This document shows positions 39,884 to 51,246 of a DNA stretch of 64,000 bases, piece after piece. Below the pieces are notes generated by a model. The model was not told the DNA's origin, did no database searches, and saw only the letters and a program-made list of their open reading frames with translations. Numbering within the stretch: the stretch's first letter is position 1; every line of letters begins with the position of its first letter. Location: assembly GCF_963921235.1 (NCBI RefSeq), contig NC_086108.1:49416001-49480000 (forward strand). The letters are read 5' to 3'. The position numbers were made by a program, and so were the translations under genes. Origin of the DNA: Mobula hypostoma. Lineage: Eukaryota.

Positions 39884-40083
39884 ATTTTGACAAGAGAGTG
39901 AATGATAACAAGACAGCAGCTGAAGAAGCTTTGAAAAAGATACCTTCCATCAGGAAGACCATTGATGATGCTAATGCAAAGACAAAACAGGCAGAGGATG
40001 CATTGGGGAATGCAAGAATGGATGCCAATGAAGCCAAAAAAAAGGCTGAAAATGCAGAGCAAATTGCAACTAACTTGCAACAG
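39884..40083 (+). CDS. lamc1: laminin gamma-1 exon (exon 25 equivalent, 200 nt)
   Basis: cccacag acceptor, gtaaaa donor; DFDKRVNDNKTAAEEALKKIPSIRKTI...AEQIATNLQQ. Confidence 0.95.
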
Positions 40084-41074
40084 GTAAAATGCTTGTTTTG
40101 TTTTGTGAAAAAACGTAATGAATAAGCTTTCTCATGGTATTCCATCAGTAACGGTAAATTTTAGTGCCTCTTTGTTCCCCCAGGGCTTCCATGGATTTTG
40201 TTATTTGAGTGGGTGATGCATGGCTTGTCTGGCTACAAATTTAATGTGTGAAGTTTTCCCATCGTACTGCATTGAAAATAACATCAATCACTCATTACCT
40301 CTGGAAATGAACTTTCTTTTTTTCTATTTTGGCCTCTTTGAGCTAAGGTGTGGAGGCAGGTATTTTAGATCTAAACCAAACAGAACATCTATAATAGGGT
40401 AAGAGAAAGTGTTGCTTGTGAGTTGATGGTTAGAGTGTCATAAAACAGAGAAGCTGCCCCTTTTGTATCCATGCTGATGATCAAACTTCTGTACTAAATC
40501 CATTTCCCAGCACTTGTCCCAAAATCGTCTATGCCACGTTCATCTTAATACTAGTTAAAAGCTGTGAGAGCTCCTGTCTTCATCTCTCCCCCCCCCCCCA
40601 CCACCACCCACATACACACACTTCAGATTTCAACCACCCTCTGACTGGAGGAAAAATTACCCTCAAACTCCCTTTAAATCTCCTCTCCGTAATTTAAATC
40701 TGCTTACTGACTTCTGCTGAGGAGAGTAGTTTTCACTAAGAGTGGGTGGGGGAGGGGGAGAAATGTACAGAAATTTGATAAAATGAACATGGATACAGTG
40801 AACCAAAGGGGCTATGTCACTCTAACCATCGACTAGCAGGCATCACTTTCTCATACCCTACTATAGGTGCTGTGTTTGGTCCTATGCCCCTCAAACTAAT
40901 TATTGTCCAAATAGGATTTGTCCAAGTTTTGAAAAGGACCAAGGTAGTAGTGTCTGAGCTAGAATTGTTCAGATCGAGCACATTTTCAGCTGTGTAACTG
41001 GAATATTGTCAGAGCACATACGAGGGGTGATTGATAAGTTCGTGGCCTAACGCAGAAGGAGATGAGTTATTAAC

Positions 41075-41697
41075 GCTCTGACTGCCAGAGAAAGCAGGAT
41101 CTTCCAGTGGCCACACATTTTAATTCCGTGTCCCATTCCCATTCTGACATGTCTATCCACGGCCTCCTCTACTGTAAAGATGAAGCCACACTCAGGTTGG
41201 AGGAACAACACCTTATATTCTGTCTGGGTAGCCTCCAACCTGATGACATGAACATTGACTTCTCAAATTTCAGCTAATGCCCCACCTCCCCCTCGTATCC
41301 CATCCGTTATTTATTTATATAAACACATTCTTTTTCTCTCTCTCCTTTTTCTCCCACTGTCCCCCTCACTATACCCCTTGCCCATCCTCTGGTTTTTTTC
41401 CCCCCTCCCCCTTTTCTTTCTCCCTAGGCCTCCTGTCCCATGATCCTCTCATATCCCTTTTGCCAATCAACTGTCCAGCTCTTGGCTCCATCCCTCCCCC
41501 TCCTGTCTTCTCTTATCATTTTGGATCTCCTCCTCCCCCTCCCACTTTCAAATCTCTTACTAGCTCTTCTTTCAGTTAGTCCTGACGAAGGGTCTCGGCC
41601 AGAAACGTCAATTGTACCTCTTCCTAGAGATGCTGCCTGGCCTGCAACTTTGACGTGTGTTGCTTGAAATTCCAGCATCTGTAGATTTCCTCGTGTT
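41075..41697 (+). mobile_element. 5'-truncated Penelope-like element (GIY-YIG region C-terminus plus 3' terminal repeat)
   Basis: Translates KQDLPVATHFNS..HSHSDMSIHGLLYCKDEATLRLEEQHLIFCLGSLQPDDMNIDFSNFS*; pyrimidine-rich UTR; 12-bp TSD tgagttattaac at 41063-41074 and 41698-41709. Confidence 0.88.
41577..41614 (+). ncRNA. minimal type I hammerhead ribozyme motif (degenerate) in the Penelope terminal repeat
   Basis: CTGACGA 41582-41588, stem II GGGTC/GGCCA, GAAAC 41602-41606, GTC triplet 41607-41609. Confidence 0.7.
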
Positions 41698-42314
41698 TGA
41701 GTTATTAACTTCAAACTTTCTGCATAATCACTCAAAGAGTTGAACTGCACGTGCATGTAACGAGAGCTGTATAACTCATCTCCTTCTACCCCAGGCCACG
41801 AACTTATCAATCACCCCTGCTGTGGACACTTTCTGGAGGTCCAAGATCCGTATGCTCCACAGCCGCTGGACTAAGTGTGTAAATGTAGGAGGGGACTATG
41901 TTGAAAAATAAATGTGCTAAGTTTTCTAAAATTGATTCCTTCTACCTTAGGCCACGAACTTATCAATCACCCCTCGTTACAGTACCCAGTGCATTCAAGT
42001 TCTTTTTGAGGCCATGTAGCACGACTTGAACTGATTGAAGTCAGGCTTTTGTGACTGTGGAATGAAGAGGGATGTAGGACTTAATTACCAACTGAATATT
42101 ACTAATGGAAAGTAATTGCAACACCCCTGTAGGCTGAACTCTGCACTATGCTCTGAAATAAGAATGTTTGTGAAGGTTAGACTCCTGATTAGTTTAACAT
42201 TTCAATGCCATTTGCAACTGAAATTGTTCAAGCTGGGATCATGGGATTGAGTAGCTCTGTCTATTGCATGCTATTTCTTTGAAATGTATTTATTAATTAG
42301 TATTATTAAATTGC

Positions 42315-42748
42315 TATCTAAGAAAGGGTGTGCCAGTGTTGGAGAGAATCCAGAGGAGGTTAATGAGAATGATCCCAGGAATGAAAAGGTTAATGTATGA
42401 GGAACATTTGATGGCTCTGGACCTGTACTTGCTGAGGTTTAGAAGAATGAGTCGGGGGGGAGGGTGGAATCTCATTGAAATCTATCAAATATTGAAAGGC
42501 CTAGTCAGAGTGGCCACTGAGAAGATGTTTTCGATAGTGGGGGACTTTAGGGCCAGAGGGCACAGCCTCAGTATAGAAGGATGTCCCCTTAGAACAGAGA
42601 CGAAGAGGAATTTCTTTAGTCGGAGAGTGGTGAATCTGTCGAATTCAATGCCTTTTGATTAATAAGGCGTCAAAGATTATGAGGAGAAGGCAAGAGAATG
42701 GGGTTGAGAGGGTTAATAAATTAGCCATGATTGAATGGCGGAGTAGAC
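42315..42748 (+). mobile_element. CR1-like 3' fragment
   Basis: LERIQRRLMRMIPGMK...RNFFSRRVVNL. Confidence 0.83.
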
Positions 42749-45700
42749 TCAAGTTCAAGTTTATTTGCATTCAACTGTACAGATGTATACAGCTAAATGA
42801 AACAGTGTTTCTCAGGGTCCAAAGTGCAAAACACAGTACATACTTCACATACAGTACATAAATAGTATTAACACAATAATAGACGTATTCTGTAATGTAA
42901 AAGTTGACATAAAATGTATTTGTGACATACAGGTTTCCCCTGCCATCCAAAGGTAGAGCGTTCCTATGAAATGGTTTGTAAGCCAAAATGTCGTAAAGGG
43001 AAGAAGCAGTTACCATTTCTTTATATGGGAAAATTTTGTGAGCGTTCACAGACCCAAAAATAACCTGCCAAATCATGCCAAATAACATATAAAACAAAAT
43101 AACAGTAACATATAGTAAAAGCAGGAATGATATGATAAATACACAGCCTAAATAAAGTAGAAATACTTTTCCACAATCATTACTGCACTGTTCTCCATAG
43201 CGAAAATCTCGCACAAGCGCCATCAGCAGGAAATCTCACACAAGCGCTGTTAGCAAAAGCACGGTGCAAGTGCTCTCCAGTAAGCTTTAAGCTATGAAGC
43301 TGCCAAATACCAAATAACACGTAAAAATACACAGCCAATATAAAGTAGAAATAATGTATGTACAGTGTAGTATCACTTACCGGAATCGGGACAGCGCAGA
43401 GCACACTGATGATGGTGTGTTAGACTGAGTCGTCGCAGGTTGGGTAGTGCAGTGGCCCCCGCCCTCCGGGCCACCAACCGATACATTGCCGCAAAGCACG
43501 CAAGGGTGCATCGGTAGCCGGGAGGCACACAGCACATCTTTAAGAAAAAAGCTGAAATAAACATGCTAATTAATTACGTGCTGCCCGACACGTAGTTGTC
43601 GGCCCAGATCAGTGCCGATTTCCGATTGCATCGCCTCTGATCTGGGCCGACAATTACGTGTGGGGCGGCACCTAATTAGCGTGTTTATTTCGGCTTTTTT
43701 CTTAAAGATGTGCTGTGTGCCTCCCAGCTACTGCTGCATTCTCCGCGAATCGGTACAGTATCTGTCCGCGGCCTAGGTGTTGGGGTGGTGGGACACTGGG
43801 GTGTCATCTCGTCATCTGTTTCCATTAGACCAGGCAGGTCATCTTCTCCTATGACTGCCTGCCTCGATGTCGAAGGTCGAGGTTCGTCGTCTGCTGTGGC
43901 TGATGTGGAAGACTTGCTTGACTGCTGAGCCTCGCGCATTTTTCTATCATACAGTTCTTTGTAAGGACTCAAAGAATCTTGCAAATATCCCCTAAACCTA
44001 CGTACCCTTTCAAAATTAAAATCGTACTTTATCATTACTCATTCGGTTTCGATTGTTATCCTTTCCTCTTCCAATTGCATCAGCTCTTCATCTATCAGTT
44101 CTTGGTCATGGGATGCCAAAACCTCTTCAACATCATCTTCGTCAGCTTCCACAAGCCAAACTCACTTTGTCCTTGCTTCGTTCACCACGATCGAAATGCT
44201 TAATTATGTCTAGTTTCATGCTAAGTGTAACACCCTTACGAGCTCTTTCAGGCTTTTCCGACACCATAGAACTCATCTTGCAAAGGACTGCTCGCAGGCT
44301 CGTGTTAAAGCAATGCTGGCGAGAATGCCATTCCGAATCCGGAAAGAGCGGCTGCTCGGAGCGCGCACTAATTTTTTTCGCACGCTGAATTTTTTTCGTA
44401 ACAGTGAAAACACCTTCTGAAAGCAAAAACGGTACTAATGTAGGTCTTTCGTAACAGTGAGGTTTCATAAAGCGAACGTTCAAAAAGCGGGGGACACCTA
44501 TATTGTGAAATATACAACAGCATACTGCTATTGGAAGCTGTCGTATGTAATTTGTACTGGTTGGTCTCAGGGTGTTCAGAACTCTTGCAGTCTGGGAGAA
44601 GTTGTTGTTATCCAGCTTAATGATCCTTGTACTTGTACTGTGGTACCGTCTGTCTGATGGTAGGAGGTCAAGGAGATTGTGAAACGGATGGATTCTTCGA
44701 CAATGCTGATGGTTCTGTGAACACAGTACTTCTGGTATATGTTCTGAATGGGTGTGGAGAGACCGTTATTATTCTCTCAGTAAATCTTCAGAATCTGTTG
44801 CAGAGTCTTCTGGTCAAACGTTTTGCAATTCCATACCAAACAGTGATATGACTGGTCAGGACACTGGATGGGTCTCCAGTTAGAATAGGAGTGAGGAGCC
44901 TTGCTTACCTTAATCTTCTCAGGAAGGGGAGGTGCTGCAGTGCTTTTTTTAACTAAACAGGTAGTAAGCACTTTAAGAAACTTGGTGCCCCTGACTATCC
45001 ACAGAGGAACAATTGATGTGCAATAGGGAGTGGTCAGCCCGCACCTTCCTGGTCCGCAATCCTATCCACAGTGAGACTCGAGTAGTTGTGTTTGCACTGG
45101 TCCACAAGCCACTCTATCTCCTCTCTATATGCTGACTCAGTATTAAGCCAACTACTGCTATCTCATCAGCAAACTTAATGATGGGGTTAGAGCTCGATCT
45201 ATCAGGTCAGTCATGCATCAGCATTGTGAACAGCAGCTGGCCAAGCAAACAGCCCCAGGGGTGGGGATGGCATCTGCCACTGCTCAGCATGATGGAGCTT
45301 AAGATGTTGCTACCAGCGCAGACTGTCTGACGTCTCTCTATCAAAAAGTCCAAGATCCAGTTACCGAGGGAGGTGTTGAGACGCAGCAAGGATAGTTTAC
45401 CCTCCAGCTTCTGAGGAATGATCATATTCAACGTCAGACTGAGGTCAATAAACAGCATTCTGACATAGTCACCATTCTCCAGGTGGAGTTGGGATTGAGT
45501 AGAGGGCAGAGGCCATTGTATCATTGGTGGGCCAACTTGGGTATATGCAAGTGTAATGGGAAGACAGGATTTAATGTAGTTCATGACCAGATATTCAAAA
45601 CTCTTCATTATTATTGAGGTCGGCACCATTAGATGGTAACGTTAAGGCAGGTTACAATCGGCCCGTTGAGCACTGGGTAGCAGCCTTGAAGCCTACAGGG

Positions 45701-46240
45701 ACAATGGACTGCTTCAGAGAGATGTCAAAGATATCTGTGAGAATGCTAGCTGGGCAGCAGAGTCTCTCAGCAGCAGGCTAGGTGTACTGTTAGCACCCAC
45801 AGCTTTGTGTGGGTTAACCCTGACTAGGATTTCCTCTCCTCACATCAGCTGTGACCAAAGAGAGTGCCTCTCCTTTGGAGCAGGGGTTGGGAGAGGGCTC
45901 TTCCTCACTGGCACATCGTTTCGTGTGTCAAACTGGGCGTAGAAGACATTCATCTATCAGGAAGAGAGGCATCACTGTCAGGAAGAGAGGCATCACTGTC
46001 ATTGACATGCAGTGTGGTCTGCCACATTTGCTACGTGTAGTGTGATTTTCTGTGTATAGTCCTGTTTCGCCTTCCTGATAGCACAGGAAACCACGGCTTT
46101 TGCTGAACTGAGGGCCCTCTTATCCCCTGAACTGAAAGCAGCATCCCGTCCTTTCAGCAGCGCCCAGCACCTCTACTGTCATTCGTGGCTTCTGATTGGC
46201 CCAAATGGTGATGGATTTGATCACAGTGATGTCCTGAATG
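42749..46240 (-). mobile_element. degenerate Rex1/Babar-like LINE interrupted by a Tigger element
   Basis: 3' tail tcaagttcaagtttatt at ~42749; YVRMLFID and NWILDFL motifs (ORF 45207..45629). Confidence 0.75.
42930..44500 (-). mobile_element. internally deleted Tigger/pogo-like DNA transposon
   Basis: TA then caggtttcccctgcc at 42930; gcgggggacaccta then TA at 44501-44502; CENP-B-like N-terminus RARKGVTLSMKLDIIKHFDRGE and C-terminal YDFNFERVRRF..PYKELY on the minus strand. Confidence 0.85.
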
Positions 46241-46328
46241 CACTTTGCCGTATAGCCAATCGAAATTCTACATATTCATCGATGTTTATATGATGATCAC
46301 TTGATGGTCTAATTGGACTAATTCTGCT

Positions 46329-47725
46329 CCTATGTCTAGGGTCACATACTGGTTCAGGAATGCCGGTTTCCACCCTATGTCTAGGGTCTTGTACTGGTTC
46401 AGGAATGCACATTTCCACCCTATGTCTAGGGTCGCATACTGCTTCAGGAATGCAGGTTTCCACCCTATGTCTAGGGTCGTGTGCTGATACAGGAATGTCC
46501 ATTTCCACCCTGTGTTTAGGGTCGCGTACTGGTTCAGGAATGCACATTTCCACCCTGTGTCTAGGGTCGCATACTGGTTCAGGAATGCCGGTTTCCACCC
46601 TATGTCTAGGGTCGTGTGCTGATACAGGAATGTCCATTTCCACCCTGTGTTTAGGGTCGCGTACTGGTTCAGGAATGCACATTTCCACCCTGTGTCTAGG
46701 GTCGCATACTGACTCAGGAATGCAGGTTTTCACCCTGTGTCTAGGGTCGCATACTGATTCAGGAATGCAGGTTTCCACCCTATGTCTAGGATCGCGTACT
46801 GGTTCAGGAATGCCCATTTCCACCCTATGTCTAGGGTCGCGTACTGATTCAGGAATGCAGGTTTCCACCCTATGTCTAGGGTCGCGTACTGGTTCAGGAA
46901 TGCAGGTTTCCACCCTATGTCTAGGGTCGTGTACTGGTTTAGGAATGCCCATTTCCATCCTATGTCTAGGATCGCGTACTGATTCAGGAATGCCGGTTTC
47001 CACCCTGTGTCTAGGGTCGTGTACTGATTCAGGAATGCCCATTTCCACCCTATGTCTAGGGTCGCATACTGGTTCAGGAATGCACATTTCCACCCTGTGT
47101 CTAGGGTCGTGTACTGATTCAGGAATGCCGGTTTCCACCCAATGTCTAGGGTCATGTACTGATTCAGGAATGCCCATTTCCACCCTATGTCTAGGGTCGC
47201 ATACTGATTCAGGAATGCCCATTTCCACCCTATGTCTAGGGTCGCATACTGGTTCAGGAATGCACATTTCCACCCTGTGTCTAGGGTCGTGTACTGATTC
47301 AGGAATGCCGGTTTCCACCCAATGTCTAGGGTCATGTACTGATTCAGGAATGCCCATTTCCACCCTATGTCTAGGGTCGTGTACTGGTTCAGGAATGCCG
47401 GTTTCCACCCTATGTCTAGGGTCACGTACTGATTCAGGAATGCCCATTTCTACCCTATGTCTAGGGTCGCGTACTGGTTCAGGAATGCAGGTTTCCACCC
47501 TGTGTCTAGGGTCGTGTACTGGTTCAGGAATGCAGGTTTCCACCCTATGTTTAGGGTCGCGTACTGATTCAGGAATGCTGGTTTCCACCCTGTATCTAGG
47601 GTCGTGTACTGATTCAGGAATGCCCATTTCCACCCTATGTCTAGGGTCGCGTACTGGTTCAGGAATGCACATTTCCACCCTGTGTCTAGGGTCGTGTACT
47701 GGTTCAGGAATGCCGGTTTCCACCC
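46329..47725. repeat. 45-bp minisatellite, 31 tandem units
   Basis: Consensus cctatgtctagggtcgYRtactgRttcaggaatgcMSRtttccac; exact 45-nt period from 46329 to 47724. Confidence 0.97.
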
Positions 47726-47759
47726 TTTTTGCACTTTTGAACCAGATGAATTTTAAGAC

Positions 47760-48062
47760 AGTCTGGTGATTTTGTGATCAATTCTCTGTAAACTCAGGGG
47801 ACAATTGTGCATGAAAATCCCAGGAGGTCATCAGTTTCTGAAATATTCAAACCAACCCCTCTGACACCAGGAATCATTCCACAGTCAAAGTCACTTAGAT
47901 TACTTTTCTTCCCCTTTCTGATTTTGGTCTGAAAAGCAACAGAACTGTTTGACCACGCCTACATGCTTTTATACTTGGCGTTGCTGCCACATGATTGGGA
48001 TTAGATATTTGCATTAATGAGTAGCTGTGTAGCTGTACCTAGTAAAGTGGCCACTGAGTGTA
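47760..48062. mobile_element. Tc1-like non-autonomous element remnant
   Basis: Ends cctagtaaagtggccactgagtg followed by TA; the same TIR and subterminal sequence recur at ~50550-50696. Confidence 0.65.
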
Positions 48063-48441
48063 TGAGGATGATTGCCTGGAAGCTTGGGCTATATTTAATG
48101 TGTAATAATATGGATTTTTTTCAAACTTGAATTGTGATCAGTTTGGAAAGATGTGCACCCTTAAGATTGTTCTGCAGGATTAGCACTTTTGATATCTTAC
48201 AGTTTAAGAACGATCTCTGCATTGCCACAAGTGGACAATATTCTACATGCCTCACATTGTTATTAGCACAGCCTGATGAAAGTCATAAAGTTACGCATGC
48301 AAATTAAGAATAATAATGCCACTGTTATGCTAACACCAACGCTGTTTTCATTTTTAAAATGGTGGTTTCCCACTTTGACGCAAAAACATTTTTAGGCTTG
48401 GACTTGAAATGAAAGATCTTGATCAATGCTTTTGTTTGCAG

Positions 48442-48600
48442 AGTGCTGCTCAGACAAAACAAGATGCAGATGGCACGTTTAATGATGCCAGAAATTTGGA
48501 AGATGAAGTAGAAAAAATGATGAAAAATCTGAAAGGTGCAGAAGATGTGCTTGCTGGAAAAAGAAATGAAGCAGACCAAGATATGATGATGGCTGATATG
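48442..48600 (+). CDS. lamc1: laminin gamma-1 exon (exon 26 equivalent, 159 nt)
   Basis: tttgcag acceptor, gtaagg donor; SAAQTKQDADGTFNDARNLEDEVEKMMKNL...ADQDMMMADM. Confidence 0.95.
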
Positions 48601-48697
48601 GTAAGGGTCTTCCAAGTTTTTGACAATTCAGTGTCAATACTATTTTTGACCTCACAGTGCATACACATGATAAATATCCTCAAACTCTTTCTTCTAG

Positions 48698-48797
48698 GCT
48701 TCTCAAGCTGCAAAAATAGCTGATGAGCAGGCAAGAAAGGCCAAAAAGGCTGTGCAGGGTGTACTGAATACCATCAATAAGCTGTTGGCAGAACTGG
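48698..48797 (+). CDS. lamc1: laminin gamma-1 exon (exon 27 equivalent, 100 nt)
   Basis: cttctag acceptor after a 97-nt intron, gtaggt donor; ASQAAKIADEQARKAKKAVQGVLNTINKLLAEL. Confidence 0.95.
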
Positions 48798-49959
48798 GTA
48801 GGTTTTATTGGAAGCCTTGCATATTGATCATCCTATTCTGTTAAGGTGTTTTGACAGTTGCCTACAAGGTATATTTTTTTTTAAGTTATTGGTACAGCAC
48901 AAGCAGAATAGCTAGTTTTGATCTTATGAACTGACCATAAGAAATTTGAGAGAGTGAATGATTCAAATTGATTCCCAGTAATGTTAAGAGCAGTTGACTT
49001 TAACAGATGCTATTTCTTCTAGTATTGGCTGATACTTTCCAGGATTCAGATTTCAAAATGGATCGAGGCTGAATCCTATTCTGTGACACAAAAAATATAG
49101 TTCCTTTATAGGACATTGTTTAGTTTGTGCCTACTGAAAAGCTACAATTTTACCATAATAAACACTGCTGAAAAAACCTTCATTTGTGGGTACCTTGGAA
49201 TTAGTTTCTCTTATGATCTATTCTCAGCATTACACTATTGCCTCCATTTTGTGGCGATACTATTTTACGTTAGTTCTACACTTTTTTGCATTCCTAGTAG
49301 GGCAAAAATGCACAGATACACCAATGGTAACAATCCTGCAGGGCTGCCAACTAATTTCACCATCAATTGCTGAGTTATTCCTTCACTCCTTTTCGGAAGA
49401 TAGGGGATTATAGCATCGAAGTTTGATTATGACTTTAAATTGTAATTCACTCCAAGTTACTTGGTTATCCTGAGAAAAGGAAGAAATGCCACTTACAACA
49501 GAGAGATAGGACAATCACTGGAAAAATTGCTTCAGGATATAGTATATTCACCATTGTTTTTTTTTCTATTTACGTCAATGTGACAAAATAGCCGGTTTTT
49601 TTTGTGACTACCTATTAAAAGAACAGAATTTTAATCAGACTTGGTAATACAGTTGAAACAGCTATTTTTAGAAAAAATAAGTCCCAATTGGGTAATTTCT
49701 CTCTAAAAACGTAAGCATGTAGTGCTTTATGTGAAACTGTGTTTGAAATGGATCTTGTGGGAGATCTCCTAGTTTTTAAAACTTGATGTTATCAGACTGC
49801 AAATGTCTGTTTTGAAAAATAACTTTGCTATCAAGACATACAGTTGCATTTGGTATTCAAAACTATTAACGTGTCCTGGTGTTAACTTTTATGCTGCAGT
49901 GGAACTTATGACTGAGTTATACTAGCAGGAGTTAGCAAGGAATTATCTTTCGCTGAATC

Positions 49960-51110
49960 GGAGTTCTATAGCATGGCAATGGATCCTTTTCCCCAGTTCA
50001 TCCTTGTTAACCAGGCTGTCTGTTATGCTAATCCCATTGCCAGGTTTGACAATATATCTTCAAACTTTTCCTGTCATTGTACCTGCTTCTACTCAACTTC
50101 GCTGGCAGCTTGTTTCTTACTTGGAAAAACTTGCCCTTCAGTTCTCATTTAAATCTTTCTCTTCCCACTTTAAACCATTGCCCTCTAATTTTAGACTGTC
50201 TTATTCCTGAGGTGGGGGGGGGTATTATCTGTGACTATCTGCCCTATCTATGACCCTCATTACTTTATAAATAAGGTTTTCCCCTTGGTGGCCTTCTACC
50301 TTCCAGGGAAAACAGTCCTAAGCTATACAATATCTCTTTAGTCAGACCTAATGCACAATTTGTACAACTGTAACATGACATCTCAACTCCTGTACTCAGT
50401 GTCTATGTCAATGAAGGCAAGCAGACTATATGCTTTTTTCATCTTTCATTTTCTTGAAAGCAGTGACAGGGAATCCTGCTGTTCAATAACACCCCCAGAG
50501 TTCTGCCATTTACTATGAAGACTGTAGCTATTTTATTAGTTACCTCCCGTTCCCAATCAAGTGGACACTGAGTGTATGGTTGTGAACCTCTCGACCATGT
50601 CTGCATGCTTTTATGATTTGCATTGCTGCCTCATGATTGGCTGATGAGATATTGCGTTAATGAGTAGGTGTACCTGACAAAGTGGCCACTGAGTGCATAT
50701 TCTAGCCTGGTTTAACTTCCCAAAATGCATCACTTTACCTTCGTCTGAGTTGAGTTCTATCAGCCATGCAGTTGAACTGGATGCTTTTGTAATCTCAGAT
50801 AACCTTCTTTGCTGTCCACTTACTACCAATTTTGATGTGATTTGCAGACTTACTAATCCTACCTCCTATGTCCTTTCCCAAATCATTATTATATAACAAC
50901 AGAGGACCCAACACTGATCACTGCAGCACACTACTGTTTCTATGTCTCTAATCAAAAATTCCCCACTCCTACTCTCTGCATCTTAATTTTGTATCCAGTT
51001 TGCTGTCTTATCATCAGTCCCATGGATTCTACCTTCTAGAGCAGACTGTCTTACTGAAGTCCATGTAGACAATGTTCCCCCTGCCTACCCTTATCAACTC
51101 TCATGGTCAC
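49960..51110 (-). mobile_element. old CR1-like LINE with a Tc1-like MITE fragment inside (~50530-50696)
   Basis: KVMHFGKLN on the minus strand, aagtccatgtagac; two same-orientation aagtggMcactgagtgYa TIR copies. Confidence 0.65.
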
Positions 51111-51246
51111 TTCTCAATGATGTGTGGTTTCATAATATAATGAACTTTTAAATTAACAAAGCAACAAATAATGTAAAAGAGGCAGTTTCTTCTGATACAG
51201 TATATTGTATACTCTATTTGGGCAGATACTCTATTCTCTATGCTCT

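Larger units (their letters stand above)
41021..41976 (+). mobile_element. non-autonomous mariner derivative, interrupted by a Penelope fragment
   Basis: TA then cgaggggtgattgataagttcgtggcctaa at 41021; reverse complement ends at 41976; residual transposase C-terminus RWTKCVNVGGDYVEK* at ~41864-41911. Confidence 0.88.

Noticed and set aside
39804..40145. Antisense ORFs over exons (also 48325-48734, 33556-33771, 10120-10368)
   Set aside because: Shadow frames of lamc1 coding exons with no independent protein features.
45958..46001. Short tandem duplications of 21-22 bp (also ~25431-25475 and ~52756-52797)
   Set aside because: Ordinary two-copy slippage events with no sign of function.
46329..47725. 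CRISPR-like array
   Set aside because: Units are contiguous with no unique spacers, there are no cas genes, and the context is a vertebrate intron.
46221..47769. Long ORFs (500 aa on -, 469 aa on +, 231 aa on -) with 15-aa repeats
   Set aside because: By-product of a stop-free 45-bp (multiple of 3) tandem repeat that is open on both strands; intronic, with no promoter or splice evidence.
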